64,000 nt of DNA from a virus. The notes beneath the pieces are model-generated. The model was not told the origin of the DNA, searched no databases, and saw only the letters and a list, made by a program, of their open reading frames with translations. Shown here one piece after another: positions 29,151 through 38,412 of this stretch. A program made the translations under genes and the position numbers. Each line of letters starts with the position of its first letter. Within the stretch, counting starts at the first letter, position 1. Location of the stretch: IMG/VR virus record IMGVR_UViG_3300044846_003008. One strand, written 5' to 3'.

Positions 29151-32100
29151 TTAGATATTTTCGAAAGAAGCTCCTGTTGGAGTAATATAGAATGTGATAT
29201 CTATAAATTCTAACGCTTTAGTTGGTTTGATATAAATCTTACCTGTCATTTGATTTCTGTCTAAGTCAGCAGCATCTGAAGAAACTGTTACTCGGAAATC
29301 ATATAGACCTCTATCTCTTCTGATTGAGTCTAAGATTGGGTTAACCGCATCTAAGAAATCTTGTCTTACTTTTTGGTCGTTTTGTTCGAACAACAATCTC
29401 ACTGAAACCGCTGAAATCAATTTACGAGCTTGTAATAACAATCTTCTAACGTTGATTCTATCTAATGCCGACTCTCTAACTTGAAGAGTTTTATTACCCC
29501 AAATAACTGTTCCCACATCTGAGAAAGTCGCGATAGGGTTAATTCTACCTTTGTATAGAACGTCTCTATCTTCTTGAGTTAATTTTTTACGTGCTTTGAT
29601 AGCGTTTACGATACCTCTTGTGTAACCTGCCGCCGCGAACCAAGGGAATGCGATATTGTCTGTCAATGCCAAGTTTCTCGTCACCTCCGCAGTTGGTGGT
29701 AAATAGATTTGTGTATTGTTAACACTATCTCTTGTTAATACCCAAGGGTAGTAAGTAGCGGTGTAGTTAGAGTCGATACCTGTAGTTTCTAAATTATCAA
29801 TAGCCTCTTGTGGGTAAATTAAATCTTCAGTCACAAATGAAGGTGTGAACATTTGAGTATCAGGTGTTGTACAGATATAAACTGAATCCGCTCTATCGTT
29901 TTCAATCATATCAATAGCACTTTCAACGATATCTGAATGGTTTACATAATCAACACCCGGAGTTGCGAATACGTTGATGTTTACCGCTTCAGGATTTGCG
30001 AATGTTCTTTGTCCTAATAGGTAAGCGTAGTAGTCAGTATTACCCCAATCTTGAGTATTGTCACCAACCGTGATTTGTTTAAACGCTCCCCATCCTGTAG
30101 CCGTTGGGTATTTAACTGAAGGACAAGCCCCTTTCAAATAACCAGGTCTACCTAATACGAATCTATCTGTATTTGTTCTTGATTCTCTATAGATATCCCA
30201 TCCATCAAAACCACCTTGTACTATTAATGAGAATTTACGTGCGTAAAGTCTGTAGTATGGGTTTGATTCAACTGTTGGGTCAGAACTAAAGTTAGCATCA
30301 CCTGTAAAGAATGCGGTTGTTGCACTTGTAATTGCAGATAAAACATATTTGTTTTCTTCAGTATTCCACACTTTTTGGTAGAAAGTATTGTTAATTGTGA
30401 TACCTGACGCTCTGTTATCCATATGGAAACCTTTAGTTTTAGTATCCCACAACGCTCCCGTTGATTGAGTACAAACATCTAATGGTAATTGTTTACCTTT
30501 GTATGCCGTGAAATCAACATCATAACCAACTGTATCTGAAACACCTAAATAAGTTCTACGAACATTATCACCGTTACTTCTAATTGCGTCATCCGCACCT
30601 GAAGATAAACCAAATGGTGGGTTGTAAATTACTTCACCTGGATAATCATATTTAGTTTTATAAATAGGGAATGGTGAACGAACACCTGTATAAGTTCTTG
30701 TATCGTAACCTTCAAAACCACAAGGTAATGCGTCTATCGGAGCGTTTTCGTTAACTTCAACCATTACATATTTTGAATTCAATTGGTATTCACCGTCAGA
30801 TGTACCAATTTTTTTCGCGATGAAGTTATTTTGATTGATGTCCATAGAACAATTAGTGAATTTCTCGATAACAACCGGAGCTGAATCTGAATCATAATAA
30901 TCTCTAACTAACACATCAAAAGTACCATTTCCAAATGAAATATTTGCAATTGATATTTTAACATCCGTATTTGCCGCGTCACCATCAGCAATTGTTGTAA
31001 ATTTGAATAAACGATAAACTTCCGTTCCTCTTAATTCAGACACAACCCAAGGTGATGCTGGTGATTGGTATTTTTCTAAATAGAAACCTAATGATGTTGG
31101 GTCAGCACCTTGTCTAGCGTCAGGATATGCCTCAACTCTCGAACTTAAACCTCTAATGAAACCTTTTCTCCAAGCGTAATTTAATAATGATTGATATTTT
31201 TCTTCCACAAATAAAGGAACTGAGCTTCTATCTTTTGAGAAGTTAGTTGAACCCAATACTTTACTAATGTATTTTGAGTCAGAATTTGATAATGATGTTT
31301 CAAATGAAAACTGAGTCCCTGTTCTACCTGTTGCATTAATAACGAAAGTTGAGTATGGGTTTTTAGTTACACCTGAATAAACACCTGAAGTATTTAGACT
31401 AACTTGTGTTAAACCTGAAACTTCATAAACGGGCCCATTTTGACTTGAATAATCTGAAATACCTCTTGAACGTAAAGTTGCAACAACTAAATCATCATAT
31501 TCTAAGAATGGTTCACCTGATAATACAAAGAATGTACCGGTTAACACACCATCATAACAAGTTGTTGTCGAACCAACGTTCATTGTACCTGTATCACCTG
31601 TAGTTGTAGGGTCACAAGGGTTAAGGTTACTAACACATACTGTCCAATTTGTTGTAACAGTGTTATCGTCAGAAATTAATTTATAACTTAAACAAGTTGT
31701 GAAATCATTATCAGTTGAGTCACTTACTTGTATAACGTTATTTATTGTTACATCTGTAGTACAAGCACTGAATGTTGATATTACTTGTGTTATGTCAACG
31801 TTTGTTGGAACATAAACATAAATTGTGTTAGTATTATAGTTAATATTACCATCACAACTTCCGATACTCAATACGTTAATAGTTGCGTTTAATGCGGAAC
31901 CACCTTGAGAGATAGTTACTACATCACCAACTTGATAACCTGTACCTGCTTTGTTAATTGTTACACCTGTAACAACATTACTTCCATTTACCGCAATATT
32001 AACGGTTAATCCAATACCTGAACCACCTGTTGTTGCAACATTAGTTCCGTTAACATAACTTGAACCTGAAGCATTTATACTTGAAGTAAGGACGTTACCA

Positions 32101-32996
32101 TTAACTGAATAATTGTAAAATGATGCACAATTTGAAAGTGAAGATGTTTCAGTTAATCCTGACACTGTTGTGTAAAAAGAGGAACCTGAATATACCCCAC
32201 CACCTAAGTTGTCAAATAAAGCGTAATACCAAGAGTCGTTTGAAGGTGCTGAATAATCTATTGTGTCAGAGTTCATTGTATCCGCTTGGAAAACATTAGT
32301 TCTTGCAGTGTACCCCAAAGAAGTGTTATCATCATAATAAACACCAGGAACTGCTCCATAATAATAAACAGAACTTTCTTCTTTAGAATTATCAAGGATA
32401 ATATCGTAAACTTGTTGTTTTAATTTCGTGTCGATACTACTAATACTACCATCAAAATTTTCGTAAGGTAGATTCAATTTGTTTAAAAGTTCTTGAGGTA
32501 AGTCAGTTGTTGTGAAACCAACACTATTAGGACTATTAGTACATCCTGTAAATGGTAATTCAAAATCAACTTCATAATATTGAACACATTCAGACACACA
32601 ATTTGCGGTAATTGCACTTAAACAATAAAACTGAATTGTTGATGGGTTCACGTTTGCTTTGGTTGTAATTGACCAAGATGGACCCGCATCATAACCAGAA
32701 AGTCCTAAGATTCTAGTTACGAACAATTGATTAGATTGTTGTAAATAAGATTTAGCGATGTATGATGCCTCATATTTAGGGATTTGTGTATTTACAAATT
32801 TCTCAGGTGAAGTACCTCCGAAGAATGTTGAGAATTCGTCAAAATTACGGATAAAGATTGGTTCGAATGCGGGACCTTTTAACGTCTCCCCAACGATACC
32901 CAATGTAGTTACCCCTACACTTTGTGCTACGAAACTCAAATCAACTTCTGAAGTATAAACTCCCGGTGAAACAAATACTTTACTGTTTGTTGCCAT
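29151..32996 (-). CDS. Tail sheath protein (T4 gp18-like) with large insertion domains
   Basis: 'SPGVYTSEVDLS', 'GETLKGPAFEP', 'TYYPW', 'PWFAAAGYTRG', 'INPI', 'WGNKT', 'RINVRRLL', 'LFEQND', 'IKPTKALEFI'. Confidence 0.96.
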   Translation of the reverse strand: MATNSKVFVSPGVYTSEVDLSFVAQSVGVTTLGIVGETLKGPAFEPIFIRNFDEFSTFFGGTSPEKFVNTQIPKYEASYIAKSYLQQSNQLFVTRILGLSGYDAGPSWSITTKANVNPSTIQFYCLSAITANCVSECVQYYEVDFELPFTGCTNSPNSVGFTTTDLPQELLNKLNLPYENFDGSISSIDTKLKQQVYDIILDNSKEESSVYYYGAVPGVYYDDNTSLGYTARTNVFQADTMNSDTIDYSAPSNDSWYYALFDNLGGGVYSGSSFYTTVSGLTETSSLSNCASFYNYSVNGNVLTSSINASGSSYVNGTNVATTGGSGIGLTVNIAVNGSNVVTGVTINKAGTGYQVGDVVTISQGGSALNATINVLSIGSCDGNINYNTNTIYVYVPTNVDITQVISTFSACTTDVTINNVIQVSDSTDNDFTTCLSYKLISDDNTVTTNWTVCVSNLNPCDPTTTGDTGTMNVGSTTTCYDGVLTGTFFVLSGEPFLEYDDLVVATLRSRGISDYSSQNGPVYEVSGLTQVSLNTSGVYSGVTKNPYSTFVINATGRTGTQFSFETSLSNSDSKYISKVLGSTNFSKDRSSVPLFVEEKYQSLLNYAWRKGFIRGLSSRVEAYPDARQGADPTSLGFYLEKYQSPASPWVVSELRGTEVYRLFKFTTIADGDAANTDVKISIANISFGNGTFDVLVRDYYDSDSAPVVIEKFTNCSMDINQNNFIAKKIGTSDGEYQLNSKYVMVEVNENAPIDALPCGFEGYDTRTYTGVRSPFPIYKTKYDYPGEVIYNPPFGLSSGADDAIRSNGDNVRRTYLGVSDTVGYDVDFTAYKGKQLPLDVCTQSTGALWDTKTKGFHMDNRASGITINNTFYQKVWNTEENKYVLSAITSATTAFFTGDANFSSDPTVESNPYYRLYARKFSLIVQGGFDGWDIYRESRTNTDRFVLGRPGYLKGACPSVKYPTATGWGAFKQITVGDNTQDWGNTDYYAYLLGQRTFANPEAVNINVFATPGVDYVNHSDIVESAIDMIENDRADSVYICTTPDTQMFTPSFVTEDLIYPQEAIDNLETTGIDSNYTATYYPWVLTRDSVNNTQIYLPPTAEVTRNLALTDNIAFPWFAAAGYTRGIVNAIKARKKLTQEDRDVLYKGRINPIATFSDVGTVIWGNKTLQVRESALDRINVRRLLLQARKLISAVSVRLLFEQNDQKVRQDFLDAVNPILDSIRRDRGLYDFRVTVSSDAADLDRNQMTGKIYIKPTKALEFIDITFYITPTGASFENI

Positions 32997-33120
32997 TATT
33001 TTTTTGTTTTTCTTAAAAGATTTATTTTTATTTGATAAATATTCAGAAAAAAACCAAAATACTTTACTTTCTACGAGGTATTTATATTTTAGGTAGATTA
33101 TTTTCTACCTTTTTTCTACT

Positions 33121-33285
33121 ATGGCAGAGGACAATAAGAAGATTAAAAATTTAAAGATATCAGAAGAAGTTCACGAAATTTTAAAAAATTACTGTGATAA
33201 AAGGGGTATTAAAATATACCGATTTTTAGAAAAGTTAATTGTTGAAAAGTGTAAAGAAAAGAAGGATATCTACGGTGAAGATTAA
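33121..33285 (+). CDS. Small ribbon-helix-helix-like DNA-binding protein
   Basis: Not in the ORF track (54 aa): MAEDNKKIKNLKISEEVHEILKNYCDKRGIKIYRFLEKLIVEKCKEKKDIYGED*. Beta-strand 'KNLKIS' followed by helix-G-helix. Divergent from the sheath gene. Confidence 0.7.
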   Translation: MAEDNKKIKNLKISEEVHEILKNYCDKRGIKIYRFLEKLIVEKCKEKKDIYGED

Positions 33286-34325
33286 AGTAACTGATTATTA
33301 AGGGTGATTGATGCTTCAAGAGCGTCGTCCTTTTTTATTGCGATAATTTTTAGAACATCGTTAGTGTTAATTTGTATTTCACTAATATCACCACCAACAT
33401 ATTGGTTATTTATAAACACATCGTAACCCTCAATATTATTAGTCTCACCAATGTTTAAATTAAGTGTGTAATCAAATAATTGTGTAATAGTATCATTACC
33501 AACAACAAATAATATTTCAGAAGTTAAACTACTTGGGTTTGAGTTTTGTTTTTTACCTTTTCGGTCTTTATCGGTTTGTAATTCATATACTTGTAAAACT
33601 CGACTGATTGCCGGTGAAACCTCAAACTCATCTTCATCAATTAAAAAACCTAACATAGTAAATTCGTATGTTTGGATATAGTATTTTCTTTTTTCTAATT
33701 CGTTAACCGATTCATCAGAAATATTACCTTGGACAATTGGAATGTAATGTCCTTTAATGTTTGTATAGGCTTGTTTTGATGCGAATTTACCCAATACGAT
33801 TTTATTGAACTCGTTTAATTCTCTCATCCGATTACAAACTATTTTAACTTGATATGTGATATCAACAGGGATGGGTTGTGGGATTTTGTAAATATCCATT
33901 CCGTTTCTTTGACCGTCAAATGTTGGAACTTGTGCGTAAAAATATTGTCGTCTATTTGGAATATTGTAAATGACCGCAGGATTAGTTCCAAATTTTACTT
34001 CAGGCATTCTAACCACGGTAATAAATGGGGGTTCGGCGTTTTTGTCAATATTTTGGAAATTCCAAGTCTCAATAAATTGTGACCAATTTTGGGTTGTTAT
34101 TAAAATATCAACCATTGGGATTTTTTTACCATCTACGATTGTTTGTAAATCGGTTTTAACAAAGTTTAAAAAACCACCATCCAAATCGGCGTGTAATAAC
34201 GACTTTGGTAAGTATGTTCCATCTTTATTGATTTTATCTAATAACTCATATCTTCTTGGTAATAGAGTCTTTGATTCCGTCAATGGAATATGTTTTTTAA
34301 TATTACTTTTTTTAGGTAATCCCAT
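33282..34325 (-). CDS. Tail terminator / sheath stabiliser (T4 gp15-like)
   Basis: 'PPFITVVR', 'PQPIPVDITYQVKIVCNRMRELNEFN', 'YEFTMLGFL'. Next to the neck and sheath genes. Start MGLPKK at 34325. Confidence 0.7.
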   Translation of the reverse strand: MGLPKKSNIKKHIPLTESKTLLPRRYELLDKINKDGTYLPKSLLHADLDGGFLNFVKTDLQTIVDGKKIPMVDILITTQNWSQFIETWNFQNIDKNAEPPFITVVRMPEVKFGTNPAVIYNIPNRRQYFYAQVPTFDGQRNGMDIYKIPQPIPVDITYQVKIVCNRMRELNEFNKIVLGKFASKQAYTNIKGHYIPIVQGNISDESVNELEKRKYYIQTYEFTMLGFLIDEDEFEVSPAISRVLQVYELQTDKDRKGKKQNSNPSSLTSEILFVVGNDTITQLFDYTLNLNIGETNNIEGYDVFINNQYVGGDISEIQINTNDVLKIIAIKKDDALEASITLNNQLL

Positions 34326-34329
34326 TATA

Positions 34330-34491
34330 TTATTTTTTAGGTGTGTTATCGTGACGACATTTATGACAAATGTACGGGTCACTACCTCCATCTTTTAAAG
34401 ACCAATTCCAATTACATTTATCACAGAAAACCTCATCTTCAATAATTCGTTCAATTAATTTAAATTGACGTTCAGTTATAACAATTTTCAT
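34330..34491 (-). CDS. Small zinc-ribbon protein (CxxC...CxxC)
   Basis: Not in the ORF track (53 aa): MKIVITERQFKLIERIIEDEVFCDKCNWNWSLKDGGSDPYICHKCRHDNTPKK*. ATG overlaps the TGA of the upstream gene (ATGA). Confidence 0.75.
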   Translation of the reverse strand: MKIVITERQFKLIERIIEDEVFCDKCNWNWSLKDGGSDPYICHKCRHDNTPKK

Positions 34492-35003
34492 AATCCTCTA
34501 AATTCGTTATCAGTAACAGGTGACGCACCAATACTTCTATAGTAAGGTCTTGTCCCCGCATAATTATGTTTATTGTCTGAAACAACCCTACCGTCATTAT
34601 TAACCGTATAGTATCTCACCCTTGTTTCTGTTTCATAATAACCAATATAATCACCATAAGTAATATCAATCCCCAATTCATCTAAGTGATGTTGATAAAC
34701 ACCTACTTTAAGATTACCTGGCTCAAATTGGTCAACTTTGGATGTTCCAATAGTTTTATTCTCAGGGGCCAATATTTGAACGTACCCTTTAAATTCAACA
34801 GGGGGTAAAAATTTAATACCATCAGCAACTGATTCACCATATACGTCATCCGTCTTAGTTTTAATTCTATCAACTCGATATAAAACTAATGTGAAATTCA
34901 TATCTCCGTGAAGCCATTCTTCACCCATATTTAAATCTAGGTTAAAATCTTCTCCTCCGAAAAATTTACCTAATCGTGTTATTGGAACATTATTATTAGA
35001 CAT
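34488..35003 (-). CDS. Neck / head-closure protein (T4 gp14-like)
   Basis: 'LYRVDR..T..DDVYGES', 'GIDITYGDYIGY', 'YYTVNN'. Upstream of the tail terminator gene. Confidence 0.65.
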   Translation of the reverse strand: MSNNNVPITRLGKFFGGEDFNLDLNMGEEWLHGDMNFTLVLYRVDRIKTKTDDVYGESVADGIKFLPPVEFKGYVQILAPENKTIGTSKVDQFEPGNLKVGVYQHHLDELGIDITYGDYIGYYETETRVRYYTVNNDGRVVSDNKHNYAGTRPYYRSIGASPVTDNEFRGL

Positions 35004-35051
35004 ATTGATAAATATCGGATTATTTATTATTTTTTAAACAAACAAATAGTT

Positions 35052-36809
35052 TTGGAAAACAAAATCGTATCTATAGAACAACAGGCAATACAAATACTTG
35101 AGAATTACTCAGGGGGGAATAACTATATTCTGAAATTAAAATTACAGAAAGAAAACAATAAAAAGTTTTACCCGACAAGAGCCCAATCTGATTATATCAT
35201 TAATTACTCAGACTACCAACCTAAAGTTGCTAAGAAGTGGGTTGACTTGGACCCTTACTTCGCAAAAAAGATTGCGGACCAAAATCTTTACACTGAAATC
35301 CCTAAACAAGTTTGGGTTGAGAAATTATTGGTTGAGAAAGAAAAATCATACCATATTTGGGGGAAAATTAAAGAGGAAGAAACTATTCACGATTTTTGGA
35401 TGCCAAAAGGTGCGATGTTAAAAACCCATAAAGTTGAAAATGTTGTTATTGATTATACTAAGTATTCACACCGACCTCCATTGGAACACCAAAAGATAGC
35501 CATCGAATCATTAGCGGGGTCTAAACGTTTTATTTTGGCGGATGATATGGGTCTTGGGAAGACAACCGCAACAATTATCGCCGCGTTAGAGACAGGTGCT
35601 AAGAAAATATTAATTATTTGTCCCGCAACATTAAAAATTAACTGGCAACGTGAAATTGAAAACTATACTGATAGGTCTATTTTTATTTCTGAAAGTAAAA
35701 GTTTTTCAACTGAACACGATTTTGTTATTGTTAATTATGATATCTTAAAGAACTTTTACGACCTCAAAGATAAAGCAAATTCATTAATTACGAAATGTAA
35801 TTTTGATTTAATTATTATTGATGAGGCACACTATATACAAAATGCTCAAGCTCAAAGAACTAAACTAATTAATAGTTTTTCAACTAAGGTGGATAGATTA
35901 TGGTTGTTAACGGGAACTCCGATGACTTCAAGACCAATGAACTACTTCAACTTATTGAGTTTGATTGAAAGTCCTGTTGCTCAAAATTGGATGGCCTACG
36001 CGATTAGATATTGTCAAGGTTATCAGTTCACTGCCGGTAAAAGAAAGATATGGAACGTGTCAGGGGCATCTAATTTAGAGGAACTTAGAGATAGAACATC
36101 AAGACAAGTATTACGTAGGTTAAAAACTGATGTATTAGATTTACCCGATAAAATAATCACACCTGTTTATCTGAGATTGAAATCTAAAGACTATGAAACT
36201 GAGGTTGGTGAATACTACGATTGGTATGAAAATAAAAAAGACGAGTCTAAATCATTAACGGTTCAATTTAGTAAGTTAATGAAAGTAAGACAAATTATTG
36301 CGGAAGAAAAAATAAAACAAACAATAGAATTAGCTCAAAACATAATAGACCAAGATAAAAAGGTTATTATATTCACAAATTTTACAGATACATTAAGAAA
36401 AATTCACGAACATTTTGGAAAACAATCAGTTTATTTAGACGGGTCTTGTACCAAACCACAAAGACAATACGCAGTTGACCAATTTCAGGAAAATGAAAAA
36501 ATAAAGGTGTTTGTGGGAAATTTAAAAGCTGCAGGTGTCGGAATTACTCTCACCGCTGGTGAGGCTTGTATTATGAATGACTTATCATTTGTTCCATCGG
36601 ACCATTCACAAGCGGAAGATAGGGCTTACAGATATGGTCAAAAAAACACGGTTTCAGTTTATTACCCAATATTTGAAAATACAATTGAAGGTATTATTTA
36701 TGATATGTTAAATCATAAGAAAAATGTGTTTGAAACGGTGATGGGGGACAATTTAGATAAGGGTGACTTTGTTGAACAAATGATGAATCGAATCAACCAA
36801 AGGAGATAA
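35052..36809 (+). CDS. SNF2-family ATPase (SMARCAL1/HARP-like helicase)
   Basis: 'LADDMGLGKT', 'IIDEAH', 'LTGTPM', 'GVGITLT', 'QAEDRAYRYGQ'. TTG start. Confidence 0.93.
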   Translation: MENKIVSIEQQAIQILENYSGGNNYILKLKLQKENNKKFYPTRAQSDYIINYSDYQPKVAKKWVDLDPYFAKKIADQNLYTEIPKQVWVEKLLVEKEKSYHIWGKIKEEETIHDFWMPKGAMLKTHKVENVVIDYTKYSHRPPLEHQKIAIESLAGSKRFILADDMGLGKTTATIIAALETGAKKILIICPATLKINWQREIENYTDRSIFISESKSFSTEHDFVIVNYDILKNFYDLKDKANSLITKCNFDLIIIDEAHYIQNAQAQRTKLINSFSTKVDRLWLLTGTPMTSRPMNYFNLLSLIESPVAQNWMAYAIRYCQGYQFTAGKRKIWNVSGASNLEELRDRTSRQVLRRLKTDVLDLPDKIITPVYLRLKSKDYETEVGEYYDWYENKKDESKSLTVQFSKLMKVRQIIAEEKIKQTIELAQNIIDQDKKVIIFTNFTDTLRKIHEHFGKQSVYLDGSCTKPQRQYAVDQFQENEKIKVFVGNLKAAGVGITLTAGEACIMNDLSFVPSDHSQAEDRAYRYGQKNTVSVYYPIFENTIEGIIYDMLNHKKNVFETVMGDNLDKGDFVEQMMNRINQRR

Positions 36810-36850
36810 TTCAAAACTTCCGCTTATTTATAGGTAACAAAATAAGTAAA

Positions 36851-38389
36851 ATGAAAGTAATTGAAGAACGTATCAAAGTTATTACCGAAAAGTTAGAAAC
36901 TATTGATAAAGAAAAAAACAAAGAACTTTTCCTTACGGAAATGAAAAAGATAGGGATAGAAAAGTTACCCTACGCTTACTCAGCCTTGAAACAATTTATT
37001 GACGCAGAAACGATGTCATACCATTATAACAAACATTATAAAGGTTATGTTGAGAAATTAAACACTGCGTTAGAGAAAGGTAAGTATGGTGATTTAGAAT
37101 TAGAACAAATCATCAAGAGTATTAGTCGATACAATAAAACAATCCGAAACAATGCGGGTGGAGCATTTAATCACGCTTTGTTTTGGAAAATGTTAACACC
37201 AAAGACACAAAAACCAAGTGGTAAAGTTTTTAATAAAATTGTAAAACAATACGACTCGTTTAATGATTTTAAAATTAAATTTGATGAAGTTGCGAAACAA
37301 AGATTTGGGTCAGGTTGGGTTTGGTTAGTTTTAACAAAACAAAATCAACTTAAAATAGTTTCAACCCCCAATCAAGACAATCCATTAATGAATGTCGTAA
37401 AAAATGGTGGGTATCCATTATTGGGGTTAGATTTATGGGAACACGCTTATTACTTAAAGTATCGTAACAAAAGGGACGAATACATAAATAACTTTTGGAA
37501 ATGTGTTAATTGGGAATTCGTTGATAAATTATATTCAATGAAAGTTAAAACCAAAATTAACGAGAGTAGTGAAATTAAAACTTTAATTACCGAACAAAAG
37601 TCGGAAAGATGTAGTCGAGAATTAACCGAGAAGATTAGACAAATATTTAATTCAAATCCTGACGTTAAAAACACATACAAGATAGCCATTAATCGAATTC
37701 TTAAAGAAGCTTTTCCTGATAAATTTTATGGTAAAGATAAATACGCTCCGGGTGAAATGTCGGGGATTTATAATTTGGAAGGTGAGGGTAGGTCAGTAAT
37801 TAATAAATTGAATACTAACTATAGTACTTTTTGTTTATTAATTCAGGACGTTAATAAAGTATTGGTGAAACTAAATAAACCTGAAATTGATTTAATTGGT
37901 CGAAATAAATTTGACCAAGTGAGTGAGACTAAACGATTTATCAAAGTAATTGATTATTATAAGTTTAGAATTTTTTCACCTGAATCATCGACGTTCCAAA
38001 ACATTATGTCAGTTTTAAATCAAACGAATACTTGGGGTGAACAAAGAGAAGATTATGTTGTTGTTAAATTACAAAGTATTTTTGGTAAAGACAATGTAAG
38101 TAAAATCGGTAAACTTGGGAGTAAAGAAGATATGATTGGTGGAATTGATTGTGAGATAAAAGTTGACGGTCAAATAAAAACATCACAAATCAAACCTTTC
38201 ACGGGAATTAAAAAGGATAATGGGAACATCATCATTTTAGGTTCAGGTAATGTTAAAAATTATAAAACAGATTGGTTAATCTTCGCAAAAAATAATAAGG
38301 AGGTTTTAGTGTTCGATAATAAAGATACTCAAATCATTGGAGGTATGTTTGTTTTTCCTGAAAATAATTTAATTTATACTATAGATTGA
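36851..38389 (+). CDS. Fe/Mn superoxide dismutase fused to a C-terminal domain with a PD-(D/E)xK-like motif
   Basis: SOD motifs 'LPYAYSAL', 'HYNKHYKGYV', 'GGAFNHALFW', 'FGSGWVWL', 'NQDNP', 'DLWEHAYYLKY'. About 280 extra C-terminal residues include 'GEQRE...DMIGGIDC...TSQIKP'. Confidence 0.9.
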   Translation: MKVIEERIKVITEKLETIDKEKNKELFLTEMKKIGIEKLPYAYSALKQFIDAETMSYHYNKHYKGYVEKLNTALEKGKYGDLELEQIIKSISRYNKTIRNNAGGAFNHALFWKMLTPKTQKPSGKVFNKIVKQYDSFNDFKIKFDEVAKQRFGSGWVWLVLTKQNQLKIVSTPNQDNPLMNVVKNGGYPLLGLDLWEHAYYLKYRNKRDEYINNFWKCVNWEFVDKLYSMKVKTKINESSEIKTLITEQKSERCSRELTEKIRQIFNSNPDVKNTYKIAINRILKEAFPDKFYGKDKYAPGEMSGIYNLEGEGRSVINKLNTNYSTFCLLIQDVNKVLVKLNKPEIDLIGRNKFDQVSETKRFIKVIDYYKFRIFSPESSTFQNIMSVLNQTNTWGEQREDYVVVKLQSIFGKDNVSKIGKLGSKEDMIGGIDCEIKVDGQIKTSQIKPFTGIKKDNGNIIILGSGNVKNYKTDWLIFAKNNKEVLVFDNKDTQIIGGMFVFPENNLIYTID

Positions 38390-38412
38390 TATTTATATAG
38401 AAAACAAATACT

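Noticed and set aside
937-34325. Extracellular contractile injection system or tailocin in a bacterial chromosome
   Set aside because: The tail genes are interleaved with neck genes, gp32-like SSB, UvsX, helicase, PolB and RNR, and no cellular housekeeping context is present. This is a phage genome.
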